Assembly: GCA_965203355.1 (NCBI GenBank)
Contig: OZ241889.1
Coordinates: 2,432,001-2,496,000 of the forward strand
Direction of reading: 5' to 3'
Length of the DNA stretch: 64,000 bases
Source of the DNA: Candidatus Latescibacterota bacterium
GTDB lineage: Bacteria > Latescibacterota > UBA2968 > UBA8231
This document shows, in pieces, positions 40,257 through 50,112 of the stretch (positions are counted from its first letter, which is position 1; each line of letters starts with the position of its first letter). The notes beneath the pieces were generated by a model. That model was not told the DNA's origin. It was given only the letters and a program-made list of their open reading frames with translations, and made no database searches. The position numbers were made by a program, and so were the translations under genes.

Positions 40257-40862
40257 ATGAGCGAGCGCGAAACTCAGGACCACGTCGGCGTGGAAGAGGC
40301 GAGCGCCGAGGGTCCTGTCGAGTCGCAGGACGAAGCAGCCGACCCATGCGAACAAGCAGCGGCGGAATCGCAAGAAACAGCCGCAGAATCACAGGACGAA
40401 GGGCTGGCCGAACTCGAGGCCGTGCGCGCTGAGGCGGCGGCTAATTACGACCGCTATGTGCGGGCGGTCGCTGAGTTGGATAACTACCGCAAGCGCACGG
40501 TGCGGATGCGCGCGGAAGCTCGGGACGAGATTTTGCGCGATATTTTGTTGCAAGTCGCGCCCATCTTGGACAACTTGCGCCGCGCCCTTGGCCAAGAGAC
40601 CCAAGAAGCCGAGTCGCTCAAGCAGGGCGTCGAATTGATCTGTGGCCAGTTCAACGACGTTCTCAAAGGCTATGGACTAGCCGAGATCGAAGCACTGGGC
40701 CAGCCTTTTGACCCCGAAGTCCACGAGGCCCTAGCGGAGGTCCCAGATGACGAGTACGCTCCTGGTACGGTCATTGAGGAGATGGAAAAGGGCTACAAAC
40801 TCAACGACAAGGTAGTTCGTTGTGCGCGCGTCGTCGTCAGTAAGGCACGCGCGGAGAACTGA
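40257..40862 (+). CDS. grpE: Nucleotide exchange factor GrpE
   Basis: RAVAELDNYRKR, FDPEVHEA, KGYKLNDKVVR. Confidence 0.96.
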   Translation: MSERETQDHVGVEEASAEGPVESQDEAADPCEQAAAESQETAAESQDEGLAELEAVRAEAAANYDRYVRAVAELDNYRKRTVRMRAEARDEILRDILLQVAPILDNLRRALGQETQEAESLKQGVELICGQFNDVLKGYGLAEIEALGQPFDPEVHEALAEVPDDEYAPGTVIEEMEKGYKLNDKVVRCARVVVSKARAEN

Positions 40863-40871
40863 GGAACCAGC

Positions 40872-42014
40872 ATGTCCAAAAGGGACTACTACGAAGTACT
40901 GGGCGTCGAGCGAGACGCCAGCGAAAGCGCGATCAAAGGAGCTTACCGCAAGAAGGCGCTGAAGTACCATCCCGATCGCAATCCCGGAGACGCCGCGGCT
41001 GAGGAGCAATTCAAGGAGGCATCCGAAGCATACGAAGTGCTTTCAGATCCTGAGAAGAAAGCCGCGTATGATCGCTACGGGCACGCCGGCGTTGAGGAAA
41101 ATTTCGGGCGCGGTGGCTTTCAGTGGTCGGATTTTACGCACGCGGGCGATTTTCAAGATATTTTCGGCGACATTTTCGAGAACTTCTTTGGCGGGGGGCG
41201 GCGGTCGCGCGGGGGATCGGCGAAGCCAAAAGGCCGCGATTTGAAGATTAAGGTGGCCTTGACGCTAGAAGAGATCGCCACAGGCGTGGAAAAGAACATC
41301 GCCTTGACGCGCTTGCAGCGCTGCAAACGCTGCGATGGAACCGGCGCGGCTAGTGGAGCGGACCGCAAGGCCTGCGGCACTTGCGGTGGGCAGGGCCAAG
41401 TGCAACAGATGGCGCGCACCCTCTTTGGTCCGTCCATGACCGTGGTGACGTGTCCGGCCTGCGAAGGGGAAGGACAGATTGTGTCCAATCCCTGTCCAGC
41501 GTGCCGAGGCGAGGGCCGCGAGCGCGGCCAAACGACTTTGACCGTGCGCATTCCCGCGGGCGTTCAAGAAGGCAACTACATTCCATTGCGCGGCCAAGGC
41601 GAGGTCGGGCCCCGCGGAGGACCGGCCGGCGATTGCTTGGTTTTTATAGAAGAAAAAGAGCATGACTACTTTATCCGCGATGGCAACCACGTGATCTACC
41701 GATTGCCTTTGGGGTTTGCCCAAGCTGCATTAGGCGCGGAAGTAGAGGTCCCGACCTTGTCTGGCAAGGCCCTGTTGAAGATCCCCGCTGGCACCCAATC
41801 AGGGCGCGTCTTCCGCATGGGTGGCCGGGGCATTCCAGATGTCAATGGGCGCGGCGTTGGCGATCAGCTAGTCGAGGTCGTCTTGTGGACTCCCGAGGGG
41901 CTCAGCCGACGGGAGCGCGCGCTTTTCGCGGACTTGGCCGAGCTCGAAAAAGAGCGCGTGGCCAAAGAGGGCGAAGGCTTCTTTGCCCAAGTGCGCAAGG
42001 CCTTTGGCTCCTAA
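40872..42014 (+). CDS. dnaJ: Chaperone DnaJ
   Basis: J domain with HPD, G/F-rich region, four CxxCxGxG repeats. Confidence 0.98.
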   Translation: MSKRDYYEVLGVERDASESAIKGAYRKKALKYHPDRNPGDAAAEEQFKEASEAYEVLSDPEKKAAYDRYGHAGVEENFGRGGFQWSDFTHAGDFQDIFGDIFENFFGGGRRSRGGSAKPKGRDLKIKVALTLEEIATGVEKNIALTRLQRCKRCDGTGAASGADRKACGTCGGQGQVQQMARTLFGPSMTVVTCPACEGEGQIVSNPCPACRGEGRERGQTTLTVRIPAGVQEGNYIPLRGQGEVGPRGGPAGDCLVFIEEKEHDYFIRDGNHVIYRLPLGFAQAALGAEVEVPTLSGKALLKIPAGTQSGRVFRMGGRGIPDVNGRGVGDQLVEVVLWTPEGLSRRERALFADLAELEKERVAKEGEGFFAQVRKAFGS

Positions 42015-42026
42015 GAGTAGGTACCC

Positions 42027-42800
42027 TTGTCCATTCCTCGAACCGGCCCCTTCGCCCAAGTGCGTCATACCGTCGCCATTGCCAGTGCCAAGGGCGGCGT
42101 GGGCAAATCGACTGTAAGTATCAACTTGGCCGTGAGTCTGGCGGCCCAAGGGGCGCGTGTCGGCCTGCTTGACGCCGATATCTACGGCCCGAGCATTCCC
42201 TTGATGATGGGTATCAGGCAGCAGCCCGCAACCGGGCAGGAGGGCACTATGCGCCCGGTGTCCAAGGCTGGGGTCGCCCTGATGTCGATTGGTTTTATCG
42301 CCGGCGAGGATGCGCCCGTGGTCTGGCGGGGACCGCTCTTGGCCCGGGCGTTACAGCAGTTTTTGCATCAAGTAGAGTGGGGGGTGCTCGACTATTTATT
42401 GATCGATCTGCCGCCCGGCACCGGGGATGTGCCGCTTACCTTGAGCCAAGCCGTGGCTCTTTCTGGTGCCTTGATCGTTACTACGCCCCAGAGCGTGGCA
42501 CTGGAGGATGTGGAGCGGGGTATTGCCATGTTTTCCAAGGTCGAGGTGGATGTCCTCGGGATAGTCGAAAACATGAGCTATTACCTATGTAGCCAATGCG
42601 GCCAACGCCACGAGATTTTCGGATGTGGTGGCGGCCGCGCGGCCGCGGAGCGGTTGGGGCTGCCCTTCTTGGGAACACTCCCCCTGTCGGCTGCAATTCG
42701 CCAGAGCGGGGATGAAGGCCGGGCCGCGCCCGATCCCCTTTTCGACGCCATTGGCGAAGGGCTAGTGGCCGAGTTGCGCCGCTTGGAGGCCAGTGAGTAA
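42027..42800 (+). CDS. Mrp/NBP35 (ApbC) Fe-S cluster carrier ATPase
   Basis: ASAKGGVGKST, DADIYGPS, DLPPGTGD, ENMSYYLCSQCG. Confidence 0.93.
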   Translation: MSIPRTGPFAQVRHTVAIASAKGGVGKSTVSINLAVSLAAQGARVGLLDADIYGPSIPLMMGIRQQPATGQEGTMRPVSKAGVALMSIGFIAGEDAPVVWRGPLLARALQQFLHQVEWGVLDYLLIDLPPGTGDVPLTLSQAVALSGALIVTTPQSVALEDVERGIAMFSKVEVDVLGIVENMSYYLCSQCGQRHEIFGCGGGRAAAERLGLPFLGTLPLSAAIRQSGDEGRAAPDPLFDAIGEGLVAELRRLEASE

Positions 42801-43680
42801 GCGGGCTTGGCACTGCTTGCGGCTAGCGGTGCCGGCGGTCTGCGCCCAGGACGTGAGCGCATGGGCGTACGAGTTGGGTAGCTGCGGCCTGCAGGTTGAG
42901 GAAGCCGGGGAGTGGACGCAGTTGAGCGCGTACTTTGCTGCCGAGCCAGCGTGCGATTTGGCTGGAGTGCGGCGCGAACTGACGCATAGGCTCGCCGGGC
43001 GCGGCTTGGCAGCGCCGATCGGCACCGAATGCGTGGAGGAACAGGATTGGGAGGTTGCGTGGCGGCGATTCTTTGCGCCGGTGTGGGCCACCGAGCGGAT
43101 CGTCGTCCACCCTTTGTGGATTCCGGTCGAGCTAACCGAAGGCCAAATCGCCGTGCGCATAGACCCCAAAATGGCCTTTGGCACGGGAGGGCACGAATCG
43201 ACCCAGCTTTGCTTGCAGGCGTTGGAGCGTTGTCTACACCCTCGGATGCGCTGTCTGGACTTGGGGACGGGTAGCGGCATTCTCAGCATTGCCGCCGCAT
43301 TGCTGGGGGCTGGCCCGGTGCTCGCCGTGGACATCGACGAGCAGGCCGTGGCCAATGCGCGGGAAAACTTGGCTAACAACCGCATTGGCTCTGAGCAGGT
43401 AGAGGTGCGGTTGGGGGGCGTGGAGGCCGTCGCTGTCGCGGAAAGGCCCTTTGACTTGGTCTTGGCCAACATCCAAAGCCATGTGCTGCGACCCCTTTTG
43501 CCCCCTTTGCGCGGCTTGTTGGCCGCAGATGGATGGATCGCGTTTTCGGGTTTGCTAGCGCGGGAAGAAACAGCGTTTTGCCGCTGGGTCACAGAAGCTC
43601 AATTAGAGGTCGATACAGTTTTGGCAAAAGAGGCGTGGATCTGCGTGGTAGCGCGAAACAGTGGAGGTCAACTTGACTAG
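42793..43680 (+). CDS. prmA: Ribosomal protein L11 methyltransferase
   Basis: [37 protein letters not shown]. Confidence 0.95.
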   Translation: MSKRAWHCLRLAVPAVCAQDVSAWAYELGSCGLQVEEAGEWTQLSAYFAAEPACDLAGVRRELTHRLAGRGLAAPIGTECVEEQDWEVAWRRFFAPVWATERIVVHPLWIPVELTEGQIAVRIDPKMAFGTGGHESTQLCLQALERCLHPRMRCLDLGTGSGILSIAAALLGAGPVLAVDIDEQAVANARENLANNRIGSEQVEVRLGGVEAVAVAERPFDLVLANIQSHVLRPLLPPLRGLLAADGWIAFSGLLAREETAFCRWVTEAQLEVDTVLAKEAWICVVARNSGGQLD

Positions 43681-44125
43681 CATCCTAGTCCTACACGGCC
43701 CCAATCTCAACTTGCTGGGAACGCGCGAGCCCGAGGTATATGGTCGGGAGACTTTGGCCGAGATCGACGCGTTGATCGCCGACCACGCGCAGCGATTCGG
43801 GGTGCAGGTGCGCTGCCGCCAATCCAATAGCGAGGGTGCGCTAATCGACGCTCTGCAGCAAGCCCCAGAACGCGGCTTGTTGTTCAATCCAGGGGCCTTT
43901 ACCCACTATAGCCTTGCCCTGCGCGATGCCGTAGCGGCCAAGGGGTTGCCGACGGTCGAGGTGCATCTGTCCAATGTCCACGCACGGGAACCGTTTCGCC
44001 AGCACTCGGTTATCGCGCCGGTCTGCCTCGGGCAAATCGCTGGGTTTGGCCGTTTCAGCTACGTGCTCGGGCTAGAAGCTTTGGTGCATCACCTGAGGGG
44101 TGCGGAAGGTGCTCAGAACGAATAG
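43673..44125 (+). CDS. aroQ: Type II 3-dehydroquinate dehydratase
   Basis: [40 protein letters not shown]; TTG start after GGAGG. Confidence 0.96.
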   Translation: MTSILVLHGPNLNLLGTREPEVYGRETLAEIDALIADHAQRFGVQVRCRQSNSEGALIDALQQAPERGLLFNPGAFTHYSLALRDAVAAKGLPTVEVHLSNVHAREPFRQHSVIAPVCLGQIAGFGRFSYVLGLEALVHHLRGAEGAQNE

Positions 44126-44697
44126 ACGTAGGATACGCCAACGCGCGGCGTGCCGTCGTGGAAACTGAGCTCGGGAAAGATGCGGCGGGTGGTTTTGCGC
44201 GGGATCAGGGCCACCCCGAAGCTACCGGCGGCGAGCACCGCGGTGGACCAGCCATAGAGGCGGGCGCGATCGGCTTTGTCGTCGAGTTTTTGGGCGCGGG
44301 AGAGCTGGCCGTATTCGCGATTGAGGGTCGCTTCGGCTTCGTTGTCGGAAGCCCGGTCGAATTGCAGCCAAGAGAGCAGGCCGAAGGCCAGAGCGCCGCC
44401 AAGGAAACTGATGTAGGGAAACTCGGTCACCGAGACCGTCTGGGCCCCTCCACCCAGCGACTCGAGGGTGATGATCTTGTCGATTTCGGTCTTGTCAAAA
44501 GTGAAGATCTGGTCGTTGACGCGCATGATGACCAGATCTTGGTCTTTTTCGAGTAGATTGCCTTCCACCAAGCTGCCATCGGCCAGATAGAGGCGAGTAT
44601 CTGCCCCAGCGATAGGGGTCGGTTCCGTCTCGGCGCGGGCCATGACGGGTTGTAAAACGAGGCACAAGCAGATAACTAACGCCGTGTAGCACTTCAT
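44113..44697 (-). CDS. Hypothetical secreted/membrane protein
   Basis: Signal peptide, [11 protein letters not shown] small beta domain, two hydrophobic helices, C-terminal YSF. Confidence 0.65.
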   Translation of the reverse strand: MKCYTALVICLCLVLQPVMARAETEPTPIAGADTRLYLADGSLVEGNLLEKDQDLVIMRVNDQIFTFDKTEIDKIITLESLGGGAQTVSVTEFPYISFLGGALAFGLLSWLQFDRASDNEAEATLNREYGQLSRAQKLDDKADRARLYGWSTAVLAAGSFGVALIPRKTTRRIFPELSFHDGTPRVGVSYVYSF

Positions 44698-44750
44698 GGT
44701 AAGGCTCCTTTGGGTCGCTTTTCGCAGATATTATACAAGGTCGATACTTA

Positions 44751-46097
44751 ATGTCAATAGATGAGACGGTTGCCGACATGAGCCGTTCCGGCGAGTGTGC
44801 GGCCGCCGCCGAACTCGCCGAAATGACGATCGCCCAGATACGCGCACGGGTAGCGGAGTGGAAAAGCGGCGATCCGGGTTGGGCCGTGCTCGAAAAGGAT
44901 CGCCGCGTTGGCGTCCGGCGCTTGGTAGTTGAGCGGCGGCGGCGCGATGCGCGGGCGCAGGCGGAGTCCCAGCGCCGGGAGCGACTTTTGCAATTTGAAC
45001 GGCCCCTTTGGGCGCAGGGGGTGCGCCGGGTAGCTGGTGTCGACGAGGCGGGGCGCGGTTGCTTGGCCGGGCCTGTGGTGGCCGCGGCGGTCGTCTTGTC
45101 GCCGGACGGCGTCATCGCCGAGGTCGATGATTCCAAGAAACTGTCGCGCACCCAGCGCGAGGTGCTGTACGAGGAGATCGCGGCCAAGGCCATAGCTGTG
45201 GGGATAGGACAAGTCGAAGCGGCGGAGATCGACCGCTTGAACATTCTACAGGCCTCGCTCAAGGCCATGCGTTTGGCACTGGAGAATTTGCCCACTTCGC
45301 CCGACCGGGTGCTGATTGATGGACACCTGCCGGCGCGCAGTTCCTACCCCGAGCAAGCCATCGTCGACGGAGACGCGCGCTCGCTGTCGATTGCCGCCGC
45401 CTCGATCGTGGCCAAAGTACACCGCGACCGCCTGATGTGCGAATGCGATAGCCACTATCCCGAATACGGGTTTGCCGCACACAAGGGCTACGGCAGTGCC
45501 GCGCACTTAGCCGCACTTGACGCGCATGGCCCTTGCCCACTGCATCGTCGCAGTTTCAGCCCGGTGGCCGCGCGGATTGCCGCGCCGCGCTCGGAGCTTT
45601 TTCGCTCTTTTGCGGAGGGCCTATGCGACTGCGCCAACCTCGCCGAGTTAGAGCGGTTGGGGCAGTTAGTCAAAGAGGTCGCCGACGAGTTGGTCGCCGA
45701 TGAACTCGCGGCCTTGAGAGCGGCGTATCGGGCGCAGCGCGATAGGTTGGGGGATATTGGGCGGCGGGGCGAGGCCGCGGCCGCGGCGTATTTGGAGGAA
45801 CGAGGTTATCGAATTCAGCAGCGTCGATATCGCGCGGCTGGAGGTGAAATCGACTTGGTGGCCGAAGACCGGGACGAGTTGGTTTTTGTCGAGGTAAAGA
45901 CCAGCCAGCGCACGTCTCGCCCTGAACAAAGGGTGGATCGCGCCAAGCGGCAGCGTCTGACGCAGGCTGCCCAGCACTATGTCCAATACTACACCGCAGC
46001 CGATCCGGTCTGCCGCTTCGACGTGATCGCCGTGTGGCTGGGCGCAACCGGCGCAGAAATCGAGCATTGGCCGGACGCATTCAAGCCTTTCGATTAA
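44751..46097 (+). CDS. rnhB: Ribonuclease HII fused to YraN (UPF0102) endonuclease-like domain
   Basis: AGVDEAGRG..AGPV, DDSKKL, IAAASIVAKVHRD, HKGYG; then GRRGEAAAAAYL..GY, GEIDLVA, LVFVEVKT, RFDVIAV in the same frame. Confidence 0.92.
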   Translation: MSIDETVADMSRSGECAAAAELAEMTIAQIRARVAEWKSGDPGWAVLEKDRRVGVRRLVVERRRRDARAQAESQRRERLLQFERPLWAQGVRRVAGVDEAGRGCLAGPVVAAAVVLSPDGVIAEVDDSKKLSRTQREVLYEEIAAKAIAVGIGQVEAAEIDRLNILQASLKAMRLALENLPTSPDRVLIDGHLPARSSYPEQAIVDGDARSLSIAAASIVAKVHRDRLMCECDSHYPEYGFAAHKGYGSAAHLAALDAHGPCPLHRRSFSPVAARIAAPRSELFRSFAEGLCDCANLAELERLGQLVKEVADELVADELAALRAAYRAQRDRLGDIGRRGEAAAAAYLEERGYRIQQRRYRAAGGEIDLVAEDRDELVFVEVKTSQRTSRPEQRVDRAKRQRLTQAAQHYVQYYTAADPVCRFDVIAVWLGATGAEIEHWPDAFKPFD

Positions 46098-47392
46098 GCC
46101 GCTAATTCGCTATAGACGATCTGGCCGCCGACGATGGTGGCTACGGCTTTGCCCTTTAGGTGATAACCGGCAAAGGGGGTGTTCTGCGATTTGGAGCGGA
46201 AGTGCGCGGGGACGACCTCCCATTCGCGCGTCAGGTCGAGCAGGGTTAGATCCCCAGGCATCCCCGGTGTGAGTGCGCCGCCGGGCAGTCGCAAGATGCG
46301 TGCCGGATGGCAGGTCCAGCATGCGATGGCTTCTTGCAGGGACAAAGCGCGATCCACCAAGTAGGTCAAGGTGAGGCCGACGGCTGTCTCTAGACCGACA
46401 ATGCCCATGGGAGCTTGGGTTAGGGATTGGGCTTTTTCCGCGGCCGTATGCGGCGCGTGGTCGGTCGCAATGACCTCTATGGTGCCGTCGGCTAGCCCCG
46501 CGAGCATGGCCTCGACATCGGCGAGTGTGCGCAGCGGCGGGCTCATCTTGGCGGCCGTGCCGTAGTGCTCGACCTCGCGGTCGGTCAGGACGAAGTGATG
46601 GGGCAGCACCTCGCAAGTAACGGGTAGGCCGTCGGCTTTGGCTTGCCGGACCAATTGCGCGGTGCCCGCTGTGCTGATATGGGCGATGTGCAAAGGGCCG
46701 CCGGTCTGGCGGACGAGGTCTATATCGCGGGCGACCATCTCCTCCTCACCGGCGGCGGGCATCCCCTTGACGCCGAGGCGTGCGGCCACTTCTCCGGCGT
46801 GCATACAGCCGCCGGCCGTAATCGACTTGACCTCTTCGTGTGGGAAGATGGGCCGGTCGAGATCGCGGGCAATTTCGAGAGCACGCCGCATCAGGGCCTC
46901 GTCTTCGACCGGGTCGCCGTCGTCGGAAAAGGCCACCGCGCCCAAGTCGGCCAACTCCGCGAGCGGGGCGAGCTCACCGCGCCCTTGGCGCCCCACTGTT
47001 ACACAGGCGATTGGATAGTAGCGCACGGCGGCGGTCTGCGCGCGCTCCAACATTAACTGCAAGTGATCGCGGCGGTCTGGGGGAGGATTGGTATTGGGCA
47101 TGGCCGCCACTGCACAGATGCCACCAGCGGCGGCCGCGGCCGTGCCGCTCTGAATGGTCTCCTTGTGTTCGTAGCCTGGTTCGCGAAGATGAGTGTGGAT
47201 GTCGATAAAACCCGGAGCAACGACCAAGCCGGTCGCCCTGAGGACCGGTACGTCGGGAGGCGTCGGGAGGATCGGGGCCGATTCGACTATTTTTCCTCGG
47301 CGAATGAGGATGTCCCCTAGGGCATCGGTGCCGTTGGCCGGATCGATGAGGCGTCCTTGGCGGACGAGCAAGTCGGCAGAAAATTTAGACAT
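46094..47392 (-). CDS. pyrC: Dihydroorotase
   Basis: DIHTHLREPG, MPNTNP, HIAHIST, KMSPPLR, ATDHAPH, SKSQNTPF. Confidence 0.95.
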   Translation of the reverse strand: MSKFSADLLVRQGRLIDPANGTDALGDILIRRGKIVESAPILPTPPDVPVLRATGLVVAPGFIDIHTHLREPGYEHKETIQSGTAAAAAGGICAVAAMPNTNPPPDRRDHLQLMLERAQTAAVRYYPIACVTVGRQGRGELAPLAELADLGAVAFSDDGDPVEDEALMRRALEIARDLDRPIFPHEEVKSITAGGCMHAGEVAARLGVKGMPAAGEEEMVARDIDLVRQTGGPLHIAHISTAGTAQLVRQAKADGLPVTCEVLPHHFVLTDREVEHYGTAAKMSPPLRTLADVEAMLAGLADGTIEVIATDHAPHTAAEKAQSLTQAPMGIVGLETAVGLTLTYLVDRALSLQEAIACWTCHPARILRLPGGALTPGMPGDLTLLDLTREWEVVPAHFRSKSQNTPFAGYHLKGKAVATIVGGQIVYSELAA

Positions 47393-49094
47393 GGGAGAAG
47401 GCGACGAGTGGGGCGAGCCAGTCGATGGCTTCCTCTATAGTCAACGGGTCGCCGTTTAGGGCTAGGCCTCGTTGTCGCAGGTGGCGTGCCAACTGGACGG
47501 CCTGTGGTGCCGCGAGCCCGCTGATAGACTCGAATTGTGGATGGGCGAGAACGGCGCGCGCCATCCCTTGTAGTTCGATGCGTCCTTGGCGCAGAACTAC
47601 TACGTGGGTAGCTAGGCGTCCGATTAGTTCCATATCGTGGCTGATCAGCACGAGAGTGCGGCCTTGCTTGCTTAGCTCGGCGCAGAGTTGGCACAAGTTG
47701 GCCGCTGTCTGGGGATCGAGGCCGGCGGTTGGTTCGTCGAACACTAAGACCTCTGGGTCCATGGCGAGGACGCCAGCGAGCGCGACGCGACGCCTTTCGC
47801 CGCCGCTCAATGAGAGGGGCTGGCGCGGCCCGAATTCTGCCAGCGGCATATCGACCAAGGCGAGCGCACGAGCCACGAGGCCATGGACGCGCTCGTCCGC
47901 CAAGCCGAGGTTGCGCGGCCCAAAGGCCACATCCTCGGCCACGGTTTCGGCGAAGAGCTGGAGTTCGGGAAACTGGAAGGCCAAGCCGACGCGCTGGCGG
48001 ACGCGCGCCGGGGGCTGGGAGTTGATGTCGCAGTCGTCGAGGAATACGCGACCGCACGAGGGTTTGAGCAGGGCATTGAAGTGCTGGGCGAGGGTGGTCT
48101 TGCCCGCGCCATTGGTGCCCACGAGGGCTAGGACAGAGCCGGTGGGGACGCCCATAGTGATGTCGCGAATCCCGCGTCGCTGGGTGGGTAGATGCTCGTC
48201 GTAAAGGTGCGTCAGTTCTTCGGTCGCTAGTTTGCTCGGGGTGGGCGGCAGCGGAGTGGGCGGAGTCCAAGGGGGCAGGGATGTCTGGGGTTTTAACGTG
48301 GTCAGCACATCGGACAAGGTGGCTAGCTCCAAGGGGATCTTGGCCAGCGACAAGTGAGCGGCGAGGGCACTTGCAAAGGGCCGGCCGAGGCCGAGATCCC
48401 GCAGCTTGAGCGGGTCGTCGGCAAAGAGGGTGGCAGGTGAACTGTCCGCATGGACCCGACCTGCGTGGAGGACGATGACGCGGTCGGCGCGCGCGGCTTC
48501 TTCCGGGGATTGGGTGATGAGTATGGTCGCGATGTCGTAGGCCGAGCGCAGTCGCTGAAGCAACTCGGCCACTTGCTGTCTTTCGCCGGGGTCGAGCAGG
48601 GCGGTCGATTCGTCCAAGACGAGATAGCGCGGTCGCATGGCCACTATTGCGGCAATAGCCACGCGCTGCTTCTCGCCGCCAGAGAGCTTGTGGGGAGGAT
48701 AGCGGCGATAGGCTTCGAGGCCGAAAGCGGCGAGTATTTCTTCGACGCGGCGGTGAATTTCATCGCTGGCTAGGGCTAAATTTTCTAGACCAAAGGCCAA
48801 TTCGTCGGCGACCGTGGTGGCAACTAGCTGATCGTCTGGATTTTGCAAGACCATGCCGACTCGCTGGCGGATGGTGCGGAGTTGGGTCGGGTCGCTGGCG
48901 TCCATGCCATCGACGAGGACCCGGCCTGTTTGAGGCTGTAGGAGTCCGTTTAGGCAGTGCGCGAGGGTGGTTTTGCCCGAACCGTTGGCCCCGATGAGGG
49001 CGATGTCCTCCCGAGGGCTGATGTGGAGATCAATGGAGCGCAAAGCGGCTAGGCCTCGGCGATAGCTAAGGCTGAGTTTTTCGACGCGGATCAT
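47385..49094 (-). CDS. ECF transporter ATPase, fused double EcfA-EcfA'
   Basis: Two ABC domains: GANGSGKTT / QNPDDQ / LSGGEKQR and GTNGAGKTT / FQFPELQLFAETV / LSGGERRR. Confidence 0.92.
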   Translation of the reverse strand: MIRVEKLSLSYRRGLAALRSIDLHISPREDIALIGANGSGKTTLAHCLNGLLQPQTGRVLVDGMDASDPTQLRTIRQRVGMVLQNPDDQLVATTVADELAFGLENLALASDEIHRRVEEILAAFGLEAYRRYPPHKLSGGEKQRVAIAAIVAMRPRYLVLDESTALLDPGERQQVAELLQRLRSAYDIATILITQSPEEAARADRVIVLHAGRVHADSSPATLFADDPLKLRDLGLGRPFASALAAHLSLAKIPLELATLSDVLTTLKPQTSLPPWTPPTPLPPTPSKLATEELTHLYDEHLPTQRRGIRDITMGVPTGSVLALVGTNGAGKTTLAQHFNALLKPSCGRVFLDDCDINSQPPARVRQRVGLAFQFPELQLFAETVAEDVAFGPRNLGLADERVHGLVARALALVDMPLAEFGPRQPLSLSGGERRRVALAGVLAMDPEVLVFDEPTAGLDPQTAANLCQLCAELSKQGRTLVLISHDMELIGRLATHVVVLRQGRIELQGMARAVLAHPQFESISGLAAPQAVQLARHLRQRGLALNGDPLTIEEAIDWLAPLVAFSHV

Positions 49095-49102
49095 AGGGCG
49101 GC

Positions 49103-49131
49103 AGCATACGGTAAAAGAATTTTGCCGTCAA
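49103..49131 (-). promoter_or_regulatory. sigma70-type promoter, (near-)leaderless transcript
   Basis: TTGACG-17 nt-TATGCT ending 8 nt before the ATG at 49094; no SD. Confidence 0.5.
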
Positions 49132-49242
49132 GCCGTTAAGTTGACAGTCAGAAGTGGAGATTGTTTATTCAAATTCAAGGGTTTACGAAAATTAGGAGCG
49201 CTGCCAATCGCGGGCGCTCGCAACGTGCTTTGGGTGAGAATT

Positions 49243-50085
49243 ATGGCTTTTATGAGCAAGATACTGTGTCGGTGGATTTGGGTGCTCGCTATTGGAGTCG
49301 CCGGGTGCAGCGAATCGGACGGAGAACTCCAGATCGTCGGTCCCGATCTACCCGAAGGGCCGGGTCGCGTTTATCCCATTGCAGCCGTTAGCTTCACGTC
49401 CAACGACAGTGTCGAAGTGAAGGCACTTTTTGGCGCGGCCGAGGACGGCCAATCGCTGCCAGTGGTGATCCTCCTACACGATCTGGGCGGCAACAAATCC
49501 GACTGGTTGAACAACACCGGCACGTACGTGGCCTTGCTCGAGCGCGGCTACGCCGTCTTGGCCATCGACATGCGCGGACACGGCGAGACGCCACTACCCG
49601 AGGGCCGAGAGACCTTGGAATTAAGCGATTTGGAACGGAGCTTTCTCGATGTCCACGCTGCGCTAATCTGGCTGCAGAGTCAGTCCAAGATCGATATCAG
49701 CCGCATCGCGGTCGTGGGCAGTGGCGCGGGGGGCAATATAGCCTACGTGTCTTCAGGTGTTTTCCCCGAGCTCATAAAAACCGGCGTCTCCCTCTCGCCT
49801 GGGCTGTGGGCGGCCACCTCGCTGGAGCCGCTGGTCATCGGGACCGGCCTTGAATCGTTTGGGCCGCGGTCCGTACTCTTTATGGTAGGCGATCAGGACC
49901 AAATTGCCGTGAGCGAGGACCGCATCCTTAGCTATAAAGATTTCGCTTCTCTCCTAGAGGAAAAAACGGCCGAGCCGAAGGATTTGCGCGTTTTTACAGA
50001 CTCGGCTGACCACGGCTATGCCTTGCTCGACAATGTGGCCGAGGCGCAGGATATGTTCTTCCTCTGGTTGGAGGAAAACCTCTAA
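49243..50085 (+). CDS. Alpha/beta hydrolase-fold lipoprotein
   Basis: Lipobox VAGC, VILLHDLGG, AIDMRGHGET, IAVVGSGAGG, DHG. Confidence 0.85.
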   Translation: MAFMSKILCRWIWVLAIGVAGCSESDGELQIVGPDLPEGPGRVYPIAAVSFTSNDSVEVKALFGAAEDGQSLPVVILLHDLGGNKSDWLNNTGTYVALLERGYAVLAIDMRGHGETPLPEGRETLELSDLERSFLDVHAALIWLQSQSKIDISRIAVVGSGAGGNIAYVSSGVFPELIKTGVSLSPGLWAATSLEPLVIGTGLESFGPRSVLFMVGDQDQIAVSEDRILSYKDFASLLEEKTAEPKDLRVFTDSADHGYALLDNVAEAQDMFFLWLEENL

Positions 50086-50112
50086 ACAGCACGTTACCCG
50101 CGGTGCTAGCCC

